Origin: a virus
Taxonomy: Duplodnaviria; Caudoviricetes
Reading direction: 5' to 3' (one strand)
IMG/VR virus record: IMGVR_UViG_3300037479_000361
Span: 1 to 42,766 of that record
DNA length: 42,766 nucleotides
Made by a program: the position numbers and the translations under genes. The notes under the pieces were generated by a model. The model was not told where the DNA came from. It made no database searches and saw nothing but the letters and a program-made list of their open reading frames with translations. Shown piece by piece: positions 8,713 to 16,138 of this stretch; position 1 is the stretch's first letter; each line of letters opens with the position of its first letter.

Positions 8713-9648
8713 TCACTCCTTCGAGCTCACCACCTGCTTCTCCTGCCGCGCTGATCGCGCCAGGTCAAACTGCCGGCGCAGCGCGTCTGGCATCGTGTAG
8801 TCCGCATAGGTGGTCGTGGTCGCGATCTTCCGGTGCCGCAGGAACCGCTGCACCGCCCGCAGGTCCGCGCCGGCCTCCAGCATCCGCGTCGCAAAGGTGT
8901 GCCGCAGCATGTGCGGGGTCAGGCGCCGCGCTACCCCAGCTGCCCGCCCCAGACGCCGCACAACCCCCTGTCCCCACCTGGTCGTGCGCACGTGTCCACT
9001 TGGCGAGACAAACACCGGCCCACTCTTGCGGTTCCCACTGGCCGCCAGGTACCGGACCAACGCCTCCACGGTCGCGACCTCGAGCAGCGCGACTTCGACC
9101 GCACCACCCTTTCCCCGGACCCGCACGGTCGCCCGGACCCAGTCGATATCGTCGATCAATAGGCCGCCGTCTGGCGCCCCCGGCTGCCGGCACACCTCGC
9201 CGACGCGCAGGCCCGCATACCGCAACAGGTGCCCGAGTGCCCGCCAATCCCGCCGCGTGGTCCATTCGATGGCCTCCCGGACCGCGCGGTCCTCGTCGTC
9301 GGTCAAGACGCGCCGCGCGCGCCCCTCCCCCGCCCGGGCCCGCCGCTGGATCACCACGAGTTCACGCCGTACCACCGTCATGGGATTCCGTTGCCCTCGC
9401 CCGGACGCGCGCGCCCAAGCGAAGAAGCGCGCGAGTACCACCAGGTACAGCCGCCGCGTCACGGGTGCCCAGTCCCGCGCCCGCGACCAGGCCACCACGT
9501 CCGATGCGCGAACCGTCCGCAGTGTGCGTCCCTGCTCGGACAGCCACCGCTCGAACTGCCGCATGGTCCCTGCGTATTGGCGAACGGTCAACGCAGAGGC
9601 GCCGGCGGCCCGTAACGCCTGTTCCCACGCATCGACCATGGATTGCAT
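8713..9648 (-). CDS. XerC/D-type tyrosine recombinase (no arm-binding domain)
   Basis: GLRVGE, VRGKGG, TPHMLRHTFAT, FLRH, TTTTY give the R-K-H-R-H-Y set; SAM-like N-domain; AAGGAG SD. Confidence 0.95.
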   Translation of the reverse strand: MQSMVDAWEQALRAAGASALTVRQYAGTMRQFERWLSEQGRTLRTVRASDVVAWSRARDWAPVTRRLYLVVLARFFAWARASGRGQRNPMTVVRRELVVIQRRARAGEGRARRVLTDDEDRAVREAIEWTTRRDWRALGHLLRYAGLRVGEVCRQPGAPDGGLLIDDIDWVRATVRVRGKGGAVEVALLEVATVEALVRYLAASGNRKSGPVFVSPSGHVRTTRWGQGVVRRLGRAAGVARRLTPHMLRHTFATRMLEAGADLRAVQRFLRHRKIATTTTYADYTMPDALRRQFDLARSARQEKQVVSSKE

Positions 9649-9715
9649 CCCCTTGACTCCTTCCTGCGCGCTTCGTATCCTACCTGCGAGGGGCGGCCAG
9701 TTCTTCTGGTCACTC

Positions 9716-9790
9716 CTCCGCGCCCCTGGAGGGGCGGTCCTCGTCAGGCGCAGTTTCACCGGCTGCACCTGGTCTTGCCGCCCCTCCTTC
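9716..9790 (-). promoter_or_regulatory. Structured leader / inverted repeats upstream of the recombinase
   Basis: GGAGGGGCGG/CCGCCCCTCC outer stem, CAGGTGCAG/CTGCGCCTG inner stem, alternative CGCCCC-TCCA-GGGGCG hairpin. Confidence 0.5.
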
Positions 9791-10064
9791 CGTTTCGCCT
9801 CGCAACGCCTCTCGCTGCGCGCGCGGGACTCGCCCGGTGCCGCACGTCCGCCCAGTGGGCTTTGCTTTCGTCGAACCACTGGTGGATCGCCAGGTAGTCC
9901 CCTGGTGCGGGTAGCCCATGGACCTTCATTTCGGCGTCCTCGCCATGCACGCTGTCAACGAACCCTTCATCGCCTTCCCCGTTGTAGGACGCGACCAGCG
10001 CCACGATCCCCAATGGCGCCAGCCCCTCCCGCAATCCCCATATCCGACCCAGGTTGCTTCCCAT
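9756..10064 (-). pseudogene. In-frame chimera of a DUF6878-like N-terminus and a DUF6915-like fragment
   Basis: GIVALVASYNGEGDEGFVDSV joined to PGDYLAIHQWFDESKAHWADVRHRA, which ends before the expected LRHH; good GAGGAGG SD. Confidence 0.6.
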
Positions 10065-10087
10065 GATGCGCGCCTCCTCGTGGTGTC

Positions 10088-10294
10088 TTAGGTGCTGTGG
10101 TGCGCCTCGAGCATCCCTGCGGCCGGCTCATCGTACTCCGCCCCCCAAGGGTCCTGCCCATGCGCCCGGTCCCGTGCCAGAATCCGCCTATGCTCCGCGT
10201 CCCACCCCCTCGCCCATTCGATCGACCCGTCCCCATCCGAGAACGCCATCCCCATCCGCCGCGCTTCCACCCCGCGCCAGTAGGCGTCTGTCAT
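10088..10294 (-). CDS. Rmf/CrpP-fold-like small protein
   Basis: DAYWRGVEARRMG...IEWARGWD pattern; GGGAGGGGG SD. Confidence 0.55.
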   Translation of the reverse strand: MTDAYWRGVEARRMGMAFSDGDGSIEWARGWDAEHRRILARDRAHGQDPWGAEYDEPAAGMLEAHHST

Positions 10295-10335
10295 CCCGTT
10301 CCCCCTCCCCGGAGAGATGCGGCCGGCCGCGCGGC

Positions 10336-10527
10336 TCATCGGGCTTGCCTCTTGGCCGCGTCCTCCTCGGCGATCAGGCGCGCTTGCACGTCTGCTAACC
10401 GCGCCAGCGCTTGACGCCTCGCCTGATGGCGCAGCATTGAAATGGTGTTGCCGGCAACCGCTGCCCGCGCGTCCTCGAAGTATTGCGCGCCCACCAGAGC
10501 CCGCTGCCCGTCCCGGCCGACGATCAC
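10336..10527 (-). CDS. Hypothetical helical protein
   Basis: GTGA overlap with upstream stop. Confidence 0.45.
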   Translation of the reverse strand: MIVGRDGQRALVGAQYFEDARAAVAGNTISMLRHQARRQALARLADVQARLIAEEDAAKRQAR

Positions 10528-10730
10528 CAGGATACCGCCCGCAGGACCCGTCGCCCGGCGCGGTGGTGTCCCGCCACAGACCACACCCCTCCGGCCGCCT
10601 GGATGGCCGCCGTGCAGGCCCGGCAGTAGTCCCCCCGCAACAGGCGCCCGCAGTCATCGCAGATCGGGCACCGGTCACACTTCCAACAGCATCGCGTCTT
10701 CGGATGGATGCCACACGTCACGTACCCCAT
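10524..10730 (-). CDS. Cys-rich Zn-binding microprotein
   Basis: CGIH, CCWKC, CPIC, CRAC motifs. Confidence 0.65.
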   Translation of the reverse strand: MGYVTCGIHPKTRCCWKCDRCPICDDCGRLLRGDYCRACTAAIQAAGGVWSVAGHHRAGRRVLRAVSW

Positions 10731-10733
10731 GCC

Positions 10734-10985
10734 TCAAATCACCCCCCGTCGCCCCTGGAGCCGGCCCGCCAGCGTCGCCACTTCCGCCCGCAGCGCCCGG
10801 TCGCGCGCCAGAATGATCTCGCGTTCCCCACGCCGGCGCACCACCTGCACAGCGTCTGGGAACACCTCAACCACCCGCAATCCTACCCGCACGCGCACCA
10901 GGGCCGGCAGGCGCCCGACCACCACACCCCGCAGGCGCCTCCGATGTCCTGGCATCCGTACCCGTACCGCGTCGCCTTCCTTCAT
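10734..10985 (-). CDS. Small SH3/KOW-like beta-barrel protein
   Basis: MKEGDAVRVR...RGVVVGR...VRVRVG; ATGA coupling. Confidence 0.6.
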   Translation of the reverse strand: MKEGDAVRVRMPGHRRRLRGVVVGRLPALVRVRVGLRVVEVFPDAVQVVRRRGEREIILARDRALRAEVATLAGRLQGRRGVI

Positions 10986-11160
10986 TGGCCGCCCGCCTTC
11001 CCCTCGTCCCCGATCCCATCCTGCTCCCACTGCGCCACCAACTGGCGCGCCCGGTCCGTGAACAGGTCCGCCAACAGTTGCGCGTCTCGCTCCGCGTCGA
11101 TCGGGTCGCGCGCCAACAGTCCCCCAATCGCCCGCGCCAACCACCCCGACGTGGCCGAGC
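10982..11160 (-). pseudogene. C-terminal part of a small mobile-element protein (S.WL..A....RDP.DA..DA..L type)
   Basis: ATSGWLARAIGGLLARDPIDAERDAQLLADLF; no clear start of its own, abuts truncated RadC. Confidence 0.5.
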
Positions 11161-11565
11161 CAGTCCAAGCCGCGCGAAACACCGTCGATCATCGACCGAA
11201 GGCTCCGGATTCCCTGAAGGGTGGTTGTGCGCGATGATTACGGCCGCCGCCCCTAACAACAACGCCGCCCGGAACACCACCTTGGGGTCTATCTGGCAGT
11301 CAGCCTGCCCTCCTGAGGCGATTACCTTCGCAGCGATCACGCGGTGACTCTGGTTCAGGGCGATTAGCACCGTATGCTCCTGGTCTGCGTCCTCCAAGTC
11401 GATGAGCGCCTTCGCGATGCGTGATGGGCGCGTACCCCAGGCGCGCGGCGCGACGGTACGGTTCAGGCGTTCGAGCCGGTCGCGCAACTGCGGCAGGTTG
11501 CCGGCCGGTACGCGGAAGATGGTACGTGTGGGCGCGTCATGCGCGTCAGAGTTCAGAAATATCAT
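11160..11565 (-). pseudogene. radC: RadC/JAB-domain chimera, C-terminally truncated (ORF runs on to 10867 as junk)
   Basis: QEHTVLIALN...PKVVFRAALLLGAAAVIIAHNHPSGNPEPSVDD intact, but the G.....LDH tail is missing; unrelated N-terminus. Confidence 0.8.
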
Positions 11566-11687
11566 CCTTTCCGACGATTCGCCAAAATTCTCCAGGAATA
11601 GTCCCTAGCCGGCCGCCCTCACGGCCATCGGAGTGAGGAGTTCCGGGATTCAGGTTCCCGGACGGTGACGGGCAGACTTCGGTGCAT

Positions 11688-11716
11688 AGTATGGCATAAC
11701 TGCCCATTATGCGCAA
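11688..11716 (-). promoter_or_regulatory. Sigma70-type promoter for the leftward early operon
   Basis: TTGCGC-17 nt-CATACT on the minus strand, ~120 nt upstream of the first leftward gene. Confidence 0.6.
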
Positions 11717-11717
11717 G
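11689..11717. other. dif-like recombination palindrome (candidate attP or operator)
   Basis: Minus strand CTTGCGCATAA-TGGGCAG-TTATGCCATAC versus E. coli dif GGTGCGCATAA-TGTATA-TTATGTTAAAT. Confidence 0.55.
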
Positions 11718-11931
11718 TTTTGGGGGCTGTGGACTCCTCGCCCGGGCAGGCAGGCGCCCGGTCGTGCGCGCGCACGCGAGGGGGAGGGGGGAGGGCGTCC
11801 CGGCCCGCCCCCCGGTTTTTTGCAGCTTTTCTCACTTTTCCACGCCACACCTGGTCCCAAAAACTGACCCCCGGACCGGCAGGAGACGGGCTCTCTGGCG
11901 TCGTATTACCTGCCACGCAGGGGGACATCCG

Positions 11932-12033
11932 GTGGGGTCGAAGCTGCTGCTCGTGTCGTTGTGTATCTTCAACGCGATCATCTGGGGGTACGTGGTGCTG
12001 ATGATCTTCGGTGTCATCCCTGCACATCGATGA
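11932..12033 (+). CDS. 33-aa single-TM peptide
   Basis: GTG start after AGGGGG; KLLLVSLCIFNAIIWGYVVLMIFGVI. Confidence 0.5.
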   Translation: MGSKLLLVSLCIFNAIIWGYVVLMIFGVIPAHR

Positions 12034-12079
12034 AAAACCGCGTGAAAACGATGCAAACGGGTGCAAAAGGGGGCAAAAG
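12031..12079 (+). repeat. Five helically phased A-tracts
   Basis: A-runs start at 12033, 12045, 12055, 12065, 12075. Confidence 0.7.
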
Positions 12080-12550
12080 ATGAGTCAGGAACGGCAGGAG
12101 ATCCCGGGTCTGGTCACGCTGATGACGGTGGCTCGAGGGGCGGCGGTGGAGCTGTGGCAGCGCGAGCTCGAGGCGGTGCTGGCGAACATCCAGGACGTGA
12201 ACACGCCGGCGACGGCGAAGCGGCAGATCGTGCTGACGGTGACGCTGGTGCCTGACGACCGCCGGGAGATGGTGGCGCTGGCGGTGGATTGTAGTGGGAA
12301 GCTGGCGCCGGCGCTGCCGGCGGTGGGAAGCGCGTGGCTGTCTCGGCGGGACGGCGTCCCGATCGCGGTGGCGAACGATCCGGCGCAGCTGACGTTGCCG
12401 GGGATGGAGGTTCCCTCTCAGATCCAGGAGCGAGGCAAGGCGTTCGTGGTCGACCAGGCGACGGGCGAGGTCTTGTGGGAGGCGAAGCCAGGGGCGGTCG
12501 CCTACGAGGGCAACGTGATCAGGCTGCGGAAGGAAGGGGGCGGGGCATGA
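12080..12550 (+). CDS. Conserved phage protein (family often labelled replication terminator protein)
   Basis: ARGAAVE...VLANIQDVNTPATAKRQIVLTV...KLAP. Confidence 0.75.
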   Translation: MSQERQEIPGLVTLMTVARGAAVELWQRELEAVLANIQDVNTPATAKRQIVLTVTLVPDDRREMVALAVDCSGKLAPALPAVGSAWLSRRDGVPIAVANDPAQLTLPGMEVPSQIQERGKAFVVDQATGEVLWEAKPGAVAYEGNVIRLRKEGGGA

Positions 12551-13308
12551 ACCAGGACGATGGGGGAATCATCCAGGAGTTGAGCAAGCGGCTGGCGGCA
12601 CCGAAGGTGCTGACGGTCGACGGAGTGGAGCGGGCGTACATCCCGCTGGCGGACGGGTCATGGGCTCTGGCGCCGCTAGGTGGGGAGCCATGGCGCACGC
12701 GCCGGTCGGAGCCGTTGGAGCTATCGACGCTTGAGGGGCTCATGGTGTATGCCAGGAGGCAGCCGGAGTGTACGCTGGTAGTCGTCAATGAGCAGGAGGT
12801 CACGCTGTATGAAGAGTACTCGCAGGCAGATGCGCGGCATGTGCTTCGAGCAAAAGCGGTCGTGCGGGGAGTCTTCGAAGACGATCAATGGCGGCTGGGG
12901 CGCTGGTACGCGCTGGAGGACGTGGTGATCGCGTTGCAGACGCGGTTTCAACCGACAGCCATACGCTCAGGGGTGCTCGATCTGCTATCGCGGGTGCGGA
13001 ACGAAGCGGTACGGATTGACGAGAATGATGGGGCGACGCAGGTGGTAACCGTCCGCAAGGGAGTGACGGTCAACATGACGGTGCCGGTGCCAAACCCGGT
13101 CATCTTGCAGGGATACCGGACGTTTCACGAGGTCGACCCTCAGCCAGAGGGCGCGTATGTGCTGCGGGTGCGGAATCGGGCGACGGACGGATCGGTGGAG
13201 GCGGCGCTGTTCGAGGCAGACGGTGGGGCGTGGAAGGTAAGGGCGATCGAGGGGATCAAGGCCTGGTTTGGCGCGCAGGACGTGCAGCAGCACCTGGTGC
13301 TGGTATGA
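12547..13308 (+). CDS. Conserved phage protein, usual partner of the preceding gene (YfdQ/DUF2303-like role)
   Basis: VPNPVILQGYRTFHEVDPQP...ALFEADGGAWK signature; ATGA coupling. Confidence 0.8.
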   Translation: MNQDDGGIIQELSKRLAAPKVLTVDGVERAYIPLADGSWALAPLGGEPWRTRRSEPLELSTLEGLMVYARRQPECTLVVVNEQEVTLYEEYSQADARHVLRAKAVVRGVFEDDQWRLGRWYALEDVVIALQTRFQPTAIRSGVLDLLSRVRNEAVRIDENDGATQVVTVRKGVTVNMTVPVPNPVILQGYRTFHEVDPQPEGAYVLRVRNRATDGSVEAALFEADGGAWKVRAIEGIKAWFGAQDVQQHLVLV

Positions 13309-13538
13309 GAAAGCCTCTCCGGACAGCGATGGCGGCGGCGCGCTCAGGCGAGGTCGCGCCCTGGTCGTTGATCTGGTGGCGGATCGGGCTGTGGACGGGC
13401 GTTCCAGGGGCGGCGCTTGCTGTGTTCGTGCTGTGGTTCCCCGTGCCATGGGTCGTGGCGCTGGCGCGGGTGCTGACAGGAGCTGGAGGACTCAGCCTGT
13501 TCATCTTCCTCCTCGTGAACTGGGACGGGTCGATCTGA
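13305..13538 (+). CDS. Two-TM membrane protein
   Basis: Hydrophobic segments; ATGA coupling. Confidence 0.65.
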   Translation: MRKPLRTAMAAARSGEVAPWSLIWWRIGLWTGVPGAALAVFVLWFPVPWVVALARVLTGAGGLSLFIFLLVNWDGSI

Positions 13539-13681
13539 TGAGGCTGGTGTGGGTAGCGATCTTCATGGTGGCGTGGATCCTGATCCGGGTCATAGGGGCG
13601 TCTGGCGGGCACGGCGAGAAGCCGGGAGGCGGGGGCGACCGCGAGCATCCGTGTAAGACGGAGGAGATCGGATGCCGGTGA
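13538..13681 (+). CDS. Small single-TM protein
   Basis: TGATG coupling; MRLVWVAIFMVAWILIRVIG. Confidence 0.55.
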   Translation: MRLVWVAIFMVAWILIRVIGASGGHGEKPGGGGDREHPCKTEEIGCR

Positions 13682-13797
13682 GGTGCCCGCGTTGCGATGG
13701 GCAGTGTGAGAAATGGCCGTACCCGTGGCCGCGGCGAGCGTCGCGATGGGCGTGGTTGTGCAGAAGGTGTCGGATGTGGTGGGACCTGACCAGGTGA
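13672..13797 (+). CDS. 41-aa Zn-ribbon microprotein (absent from ORF track)
   Basis: MPVRCPRCDGQ...WLCRRCRMWWDLTR; GAGGAG SD. Confidence 0.65.
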   Translation: MPVRCPRCDGQCEKWPYPWPRRASRWAWLCRRCRMWWDLTR

Positions 13798-13812
13798 GAA
13801 GGCGGGCGGGCG

Positions 13813-13962
13813 ATGTGGACCATGGACTGGGAGCGCCAGCTGATTCGGATTCACCCGTTCTACGTGATGAAGTTGGTGGGGCGGCCGCGTCGGGTGCCGT
13901 GGTGGGAGCGCGTGTTGATAGCGAGCGAGGTGCTGATCAAGCGGATCCTGGGGTCATCCTGA
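13813..13962 (+). CDS. 49-aa hypothetical protein (absent from ORF track)
   Basis: MWTMDWERQLIRIHPFYVMKL...; fills operon gap. Confidence 0.45.
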   Translation: MWTMDWERQLIRIHPFYVMKLVGRPRRVPWWERVLIASEVLIKRILGSS

Positions 13963-14108
13963 TCCCGCCGCCGGCGAGGGAGGAGCGGATCTGTCTGGCG
14001 TGTGGAGGGACGATCCCGGCGGACCGATGGCTGTTCTGTGATGGTCTGTGCGCGGCGCAGTGGCGTAGGAGGGTTCAGGCGGTGAGAATCGGCTACTGGG
14101 GGCGGTGA
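13899..14108 (+). CDS. Zn-ribbon protein, DUF2116-like (start uncertain)
   Basis: ICLACGGTIPADRWLFCDGLC. Confidence 0.5.
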   Translation: MVGARVDSERGADQADPGVILIPPPAREERICLACGGTIPADRWLFCDGLCAAQWRRRVQAVRIGYWGR

Positions 14109-14123
14109 ATGGGGGGCGAGGGG

Positions 14124-14450
14124 ATGGCGACGATCCTGGCGGTGAGCAATTCGGAGGGGACGCGGCGGTGTGACCGTACCTGCCACGAGGCGAAGCGTCC
14201 GACGTGCCGGTGTTGTTGTGGAGGGCGGTATCATGGGGTAGGGTCCTCGGCCGCCGCGCAAGAGCAGTTGACCCAGGACTGGTTTGGCGAAGACTTCACG
14301 GTGGAGCAGAAGCTGGCGGTGGCGAAGGCGGACCTGGCGCTGTACCGGATGTTGATGGCGGCGGAGCGGCTGCGGCGCGAGATGCTGGCCAGGATGCCTC
14401 AGGGCATCTCGCCGATCGCCGAGGGCGCTCGGAGCGGGCGGGGGCAGTGA
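14124..14450 (+). CDS. Cys-rich phage protein
   Basis: CDRTCHEAKRPTCRCCCGGRYHG motif; GAGGGG SD. Confidence 0.7.
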   Translation: MATILAVSNSEGTRRCDRTCHEAKRPTCRCCCGGRYHGVGSSAAAQEQLTQDWFGEDFTVEQKLAVAKADLALYRMLMAAERLRREMLARMPQGISPIAEGARSGRGQ

Positions 14451-14746
14451 GTATTTCACGTGAAATACCTAAGGTGGCGCGAGGGCGACCGATGGTCTCG
14501 GCCCGTCTGCGGGGGCTGTCTGCGCATCAGCGCCGGGCATTGGCGGCGGTGGCGGAGTACTGGCTCGAGCATCGCCGAGCTCCGTCGCGCCTCGAGCTGG
14601 CGGAGCGTCTGGGGATGACCGCGCCGGGGGTGGCGAAGGTATTGCGGCCGCTGGCGGCGCGCGGGTTAGTCACGTGGATCAAGAGAGAGACTCGGACCAT
14701 TCGGATTGCGCCGGTGCCGCGCGCGGACCAGGATCCTCATCGATGA
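14447..14746 (+). CDS. LexA-like winged-helix DNA-binding protein without peptidase domain
   Basis: LSAHQRRAL...APSRLELAERLGM...LAARGLV...RTIRI. Confidence 0.8.
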   Translation: MSISREIPKVARGRPMVSARLRGLSAHQRRALAAVAEYWLEHRRAPSRLELAERLGMTAPGVAKVLRPLAARGLVTWIKRETRTIRIAPVPRADQDPHR

Positions 14747-15198
14747 CCGCAGGGGCCTGGCCGGATCGCGTCCGGATCGAAGGCGTCGGAGCATCCTGGC
14801 GCGTGATCGGGCGCGGGCGGTGTTTCAAGCGACCCGGAGGGCTCTGGGGCACCGGCTGCCGCCAGGAGATCCTCTGGGCGCTGACGGGAAAGGGAAGGCT
14901 GGTGGCGCTGGATGCCACGCCGCAAAAGGATGGTCGATACCGCCTCCACGGACCCACCTGCCCCGGGCTTCGAGTCGCTGTGGCAGGCGCGGTTGCGGAG
15001 CATGACGCTGCCGGCGCCGACCGTAGGGCTGGCGCCGCTGGGGGAGCGGGACCGAGAGATCCTGATTCGATGGATCGCGGGGGAGCGCGAGGACGAGATC
15101 GCGGCGGTGATGGGGGTTGCGCCGGCGACGGTACGAAACCGGCTGATGCGGCTGCTGGCGCTGGCGCGCCGCGTGCAGCTGGGCGGCCGCGACCTTGA
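14743..15198 (+). CDS. Small Zn-binding phage protein with probable read-through tail
   Basis: C...GCRQEILWALTGKGRLVALD...HGPTCP; ATGA coupling; tail overlaps the next gene. Confidence 0.55.
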   Translation: MTAGAWPDRVRIEGVGASWRVIGRGRCFKRPGGLWGTGCRQEILWALTGKGRLVALDATPQKDGRYRLHGPTCPGLRVAVAGAVAEHDAAGADRRAGAAGGAGPRDPDSMDRGGARGRDRGGDGGCAGDGTKPADAAAGAGAPRAAGRPRP

Positions 15199-15238
15199 GC
15201 TTGATGTCTTCCGACGACGGACTGCGGGACCTGTCTGA
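14930..15238 (+). CDS. LuxR/sigma-region-4 type HTH protein (start may be 15002)
   Basis: LGERDREIL...GEREDEIAAVMGVAPATVRNRL. Confidence 0.75.
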   Translation: MVDTASTDPPAPGFESLWQARLRSMTLPAPTVGLAPLGERDREILIRWIAGEREDEIAAVMGVAPATVRNRLMRLLALARRVQLGGRDLELDVFRRRTAGPV

Positions 15239-15902
15239 CCGGGCGCTGCTCGACCGCGCGCTGGACCGGGCGGCCACCTCGACGGATGAGGGGTACCGGC
15301 GCCTGGCGACGAACGAACTCACCGCGAAGGAATGGAAGTTCATCGAGCACTACCTGATCAGTTCTGATCCGACCGCGGCGGCGCGGGCGGCGGGATGGAC
15401 GCACGCCCCGGAGGCGGCGGGGTTGCGGGCGCTGCGTCGACCGCGGATTGCCGCGGCCTTGCGCCAGGCGCGGGATCCGCGCGTGGTCGTGGGGCAGATG
15501 AGCCTAGATATGCTGATTGCGCGCGCCATTGACGTGGCGCTCGCGCCGGGGGCGTCCCGCTCAGAGACGCTCAAGGCGCTGGCGCTGATCGCGGACTTAC
15601 GCGGGTTCCGCCCGTCTGGACGGAGCCGGCCGACTGCATCGGGGGAGGCTGTGGCCCTGCGGTCCCCGCCGGGGCAGAGTCCGTATGTGGCGCTGGTGGA
15701 GACCCTGCAGGCGTCCGCGGACGCGTTCAGCGACGAGGAGCGCGCGGCGTGGCTGGCGCGCGCGCAGGAAGAGATCCGCTGGATTCAACGAGCGATCGCG
15801 GTGTTGCGAGGGCACGAGATCACAGACGAGGGGGCATCCGGTGAAACCGCAACGGCAAAGGCAGAAGCGGCTCGTGGGTCGCACGAAGAGTCGTCAGCAT
15901 GA
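15204..15902 (+). CDS. terS: Terminase small subunit
   Basis: LTAKEWKFIEHYL..DPTAAARAAGW...LRRPRIAAAL...LKALALI. Confidence 0.85.
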   Translation: MSSDDGLRDLSDRALLDRALDRAATSTDEGYRRLATNELTAKEWKFIEHYLISSDPTAAARAAGWTHAPEAAGLRALRRPRIAAALRQARDPRVVVGQMSLDMLIARAIDVALAPGASRSETLKALALIADLRGFRPSGRSRPTASGEAVALRSPPGQSPYVALVETLQASADAFSDEERAAWLARAQEEIRWIQRAIAVLRGHEITDEGASGETATAKAEAARGSHEESSA

Positions 15903-15906
15903 AGGG

Positions 15907-16137
15907 GTGGCCTATCGTCCCGCGACGTTTTGGGCCGCGCGGGGGCCGTGGGTCTTGACCTGCTTGGGGCCAGAAGGCCGTGGGACGTGCGCGTGGGAAG
16001 CCCGGGCGAACACGATGCTGGACGTTGCGATGCTCGCTCAAGAGCATCTGGGGTTGACGCTTTCTTCTGGGCGTGGCAGTGGCGGTCGAGCGCGCCAGCC
16101 ATTCGCGGATCATTGGGTCCGATGGACTTCCGCCTGA
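15907..16137 (+). CDS. Small C..C..H..H protein
   Basis: Fills gap between terS and terL. Confidence 0.45.
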   Translation: MAYRPATFWAARGPWVLTCLGPEGRGTCAWEARANTMLDVAMLAQEHLGLTLSSGRGSGGRARQPFADHWVRWTSA

Positions 16138-16138
16138 C

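Noticed and set aside
9690-9715. Third CUGA-stem-AGG copy (GTGA-CCAG-aagaa-CTGG-CCG, minus strand)
   Set aside because: Both fixed flanks deviate from the two good copies
9740-9800. Hammerhead ribozyme (CTGACGA and GAAAC on the minus strand)
   Set aside because: Core segments are in an order and spacing that cannot form stem II; flanks do not pair
9649-9879. N-terminal extension of the recombinase given in the ORF track
   Set aside because: Low-complexity sequence overlapping another ORF; a good SD precedes ATG 9648
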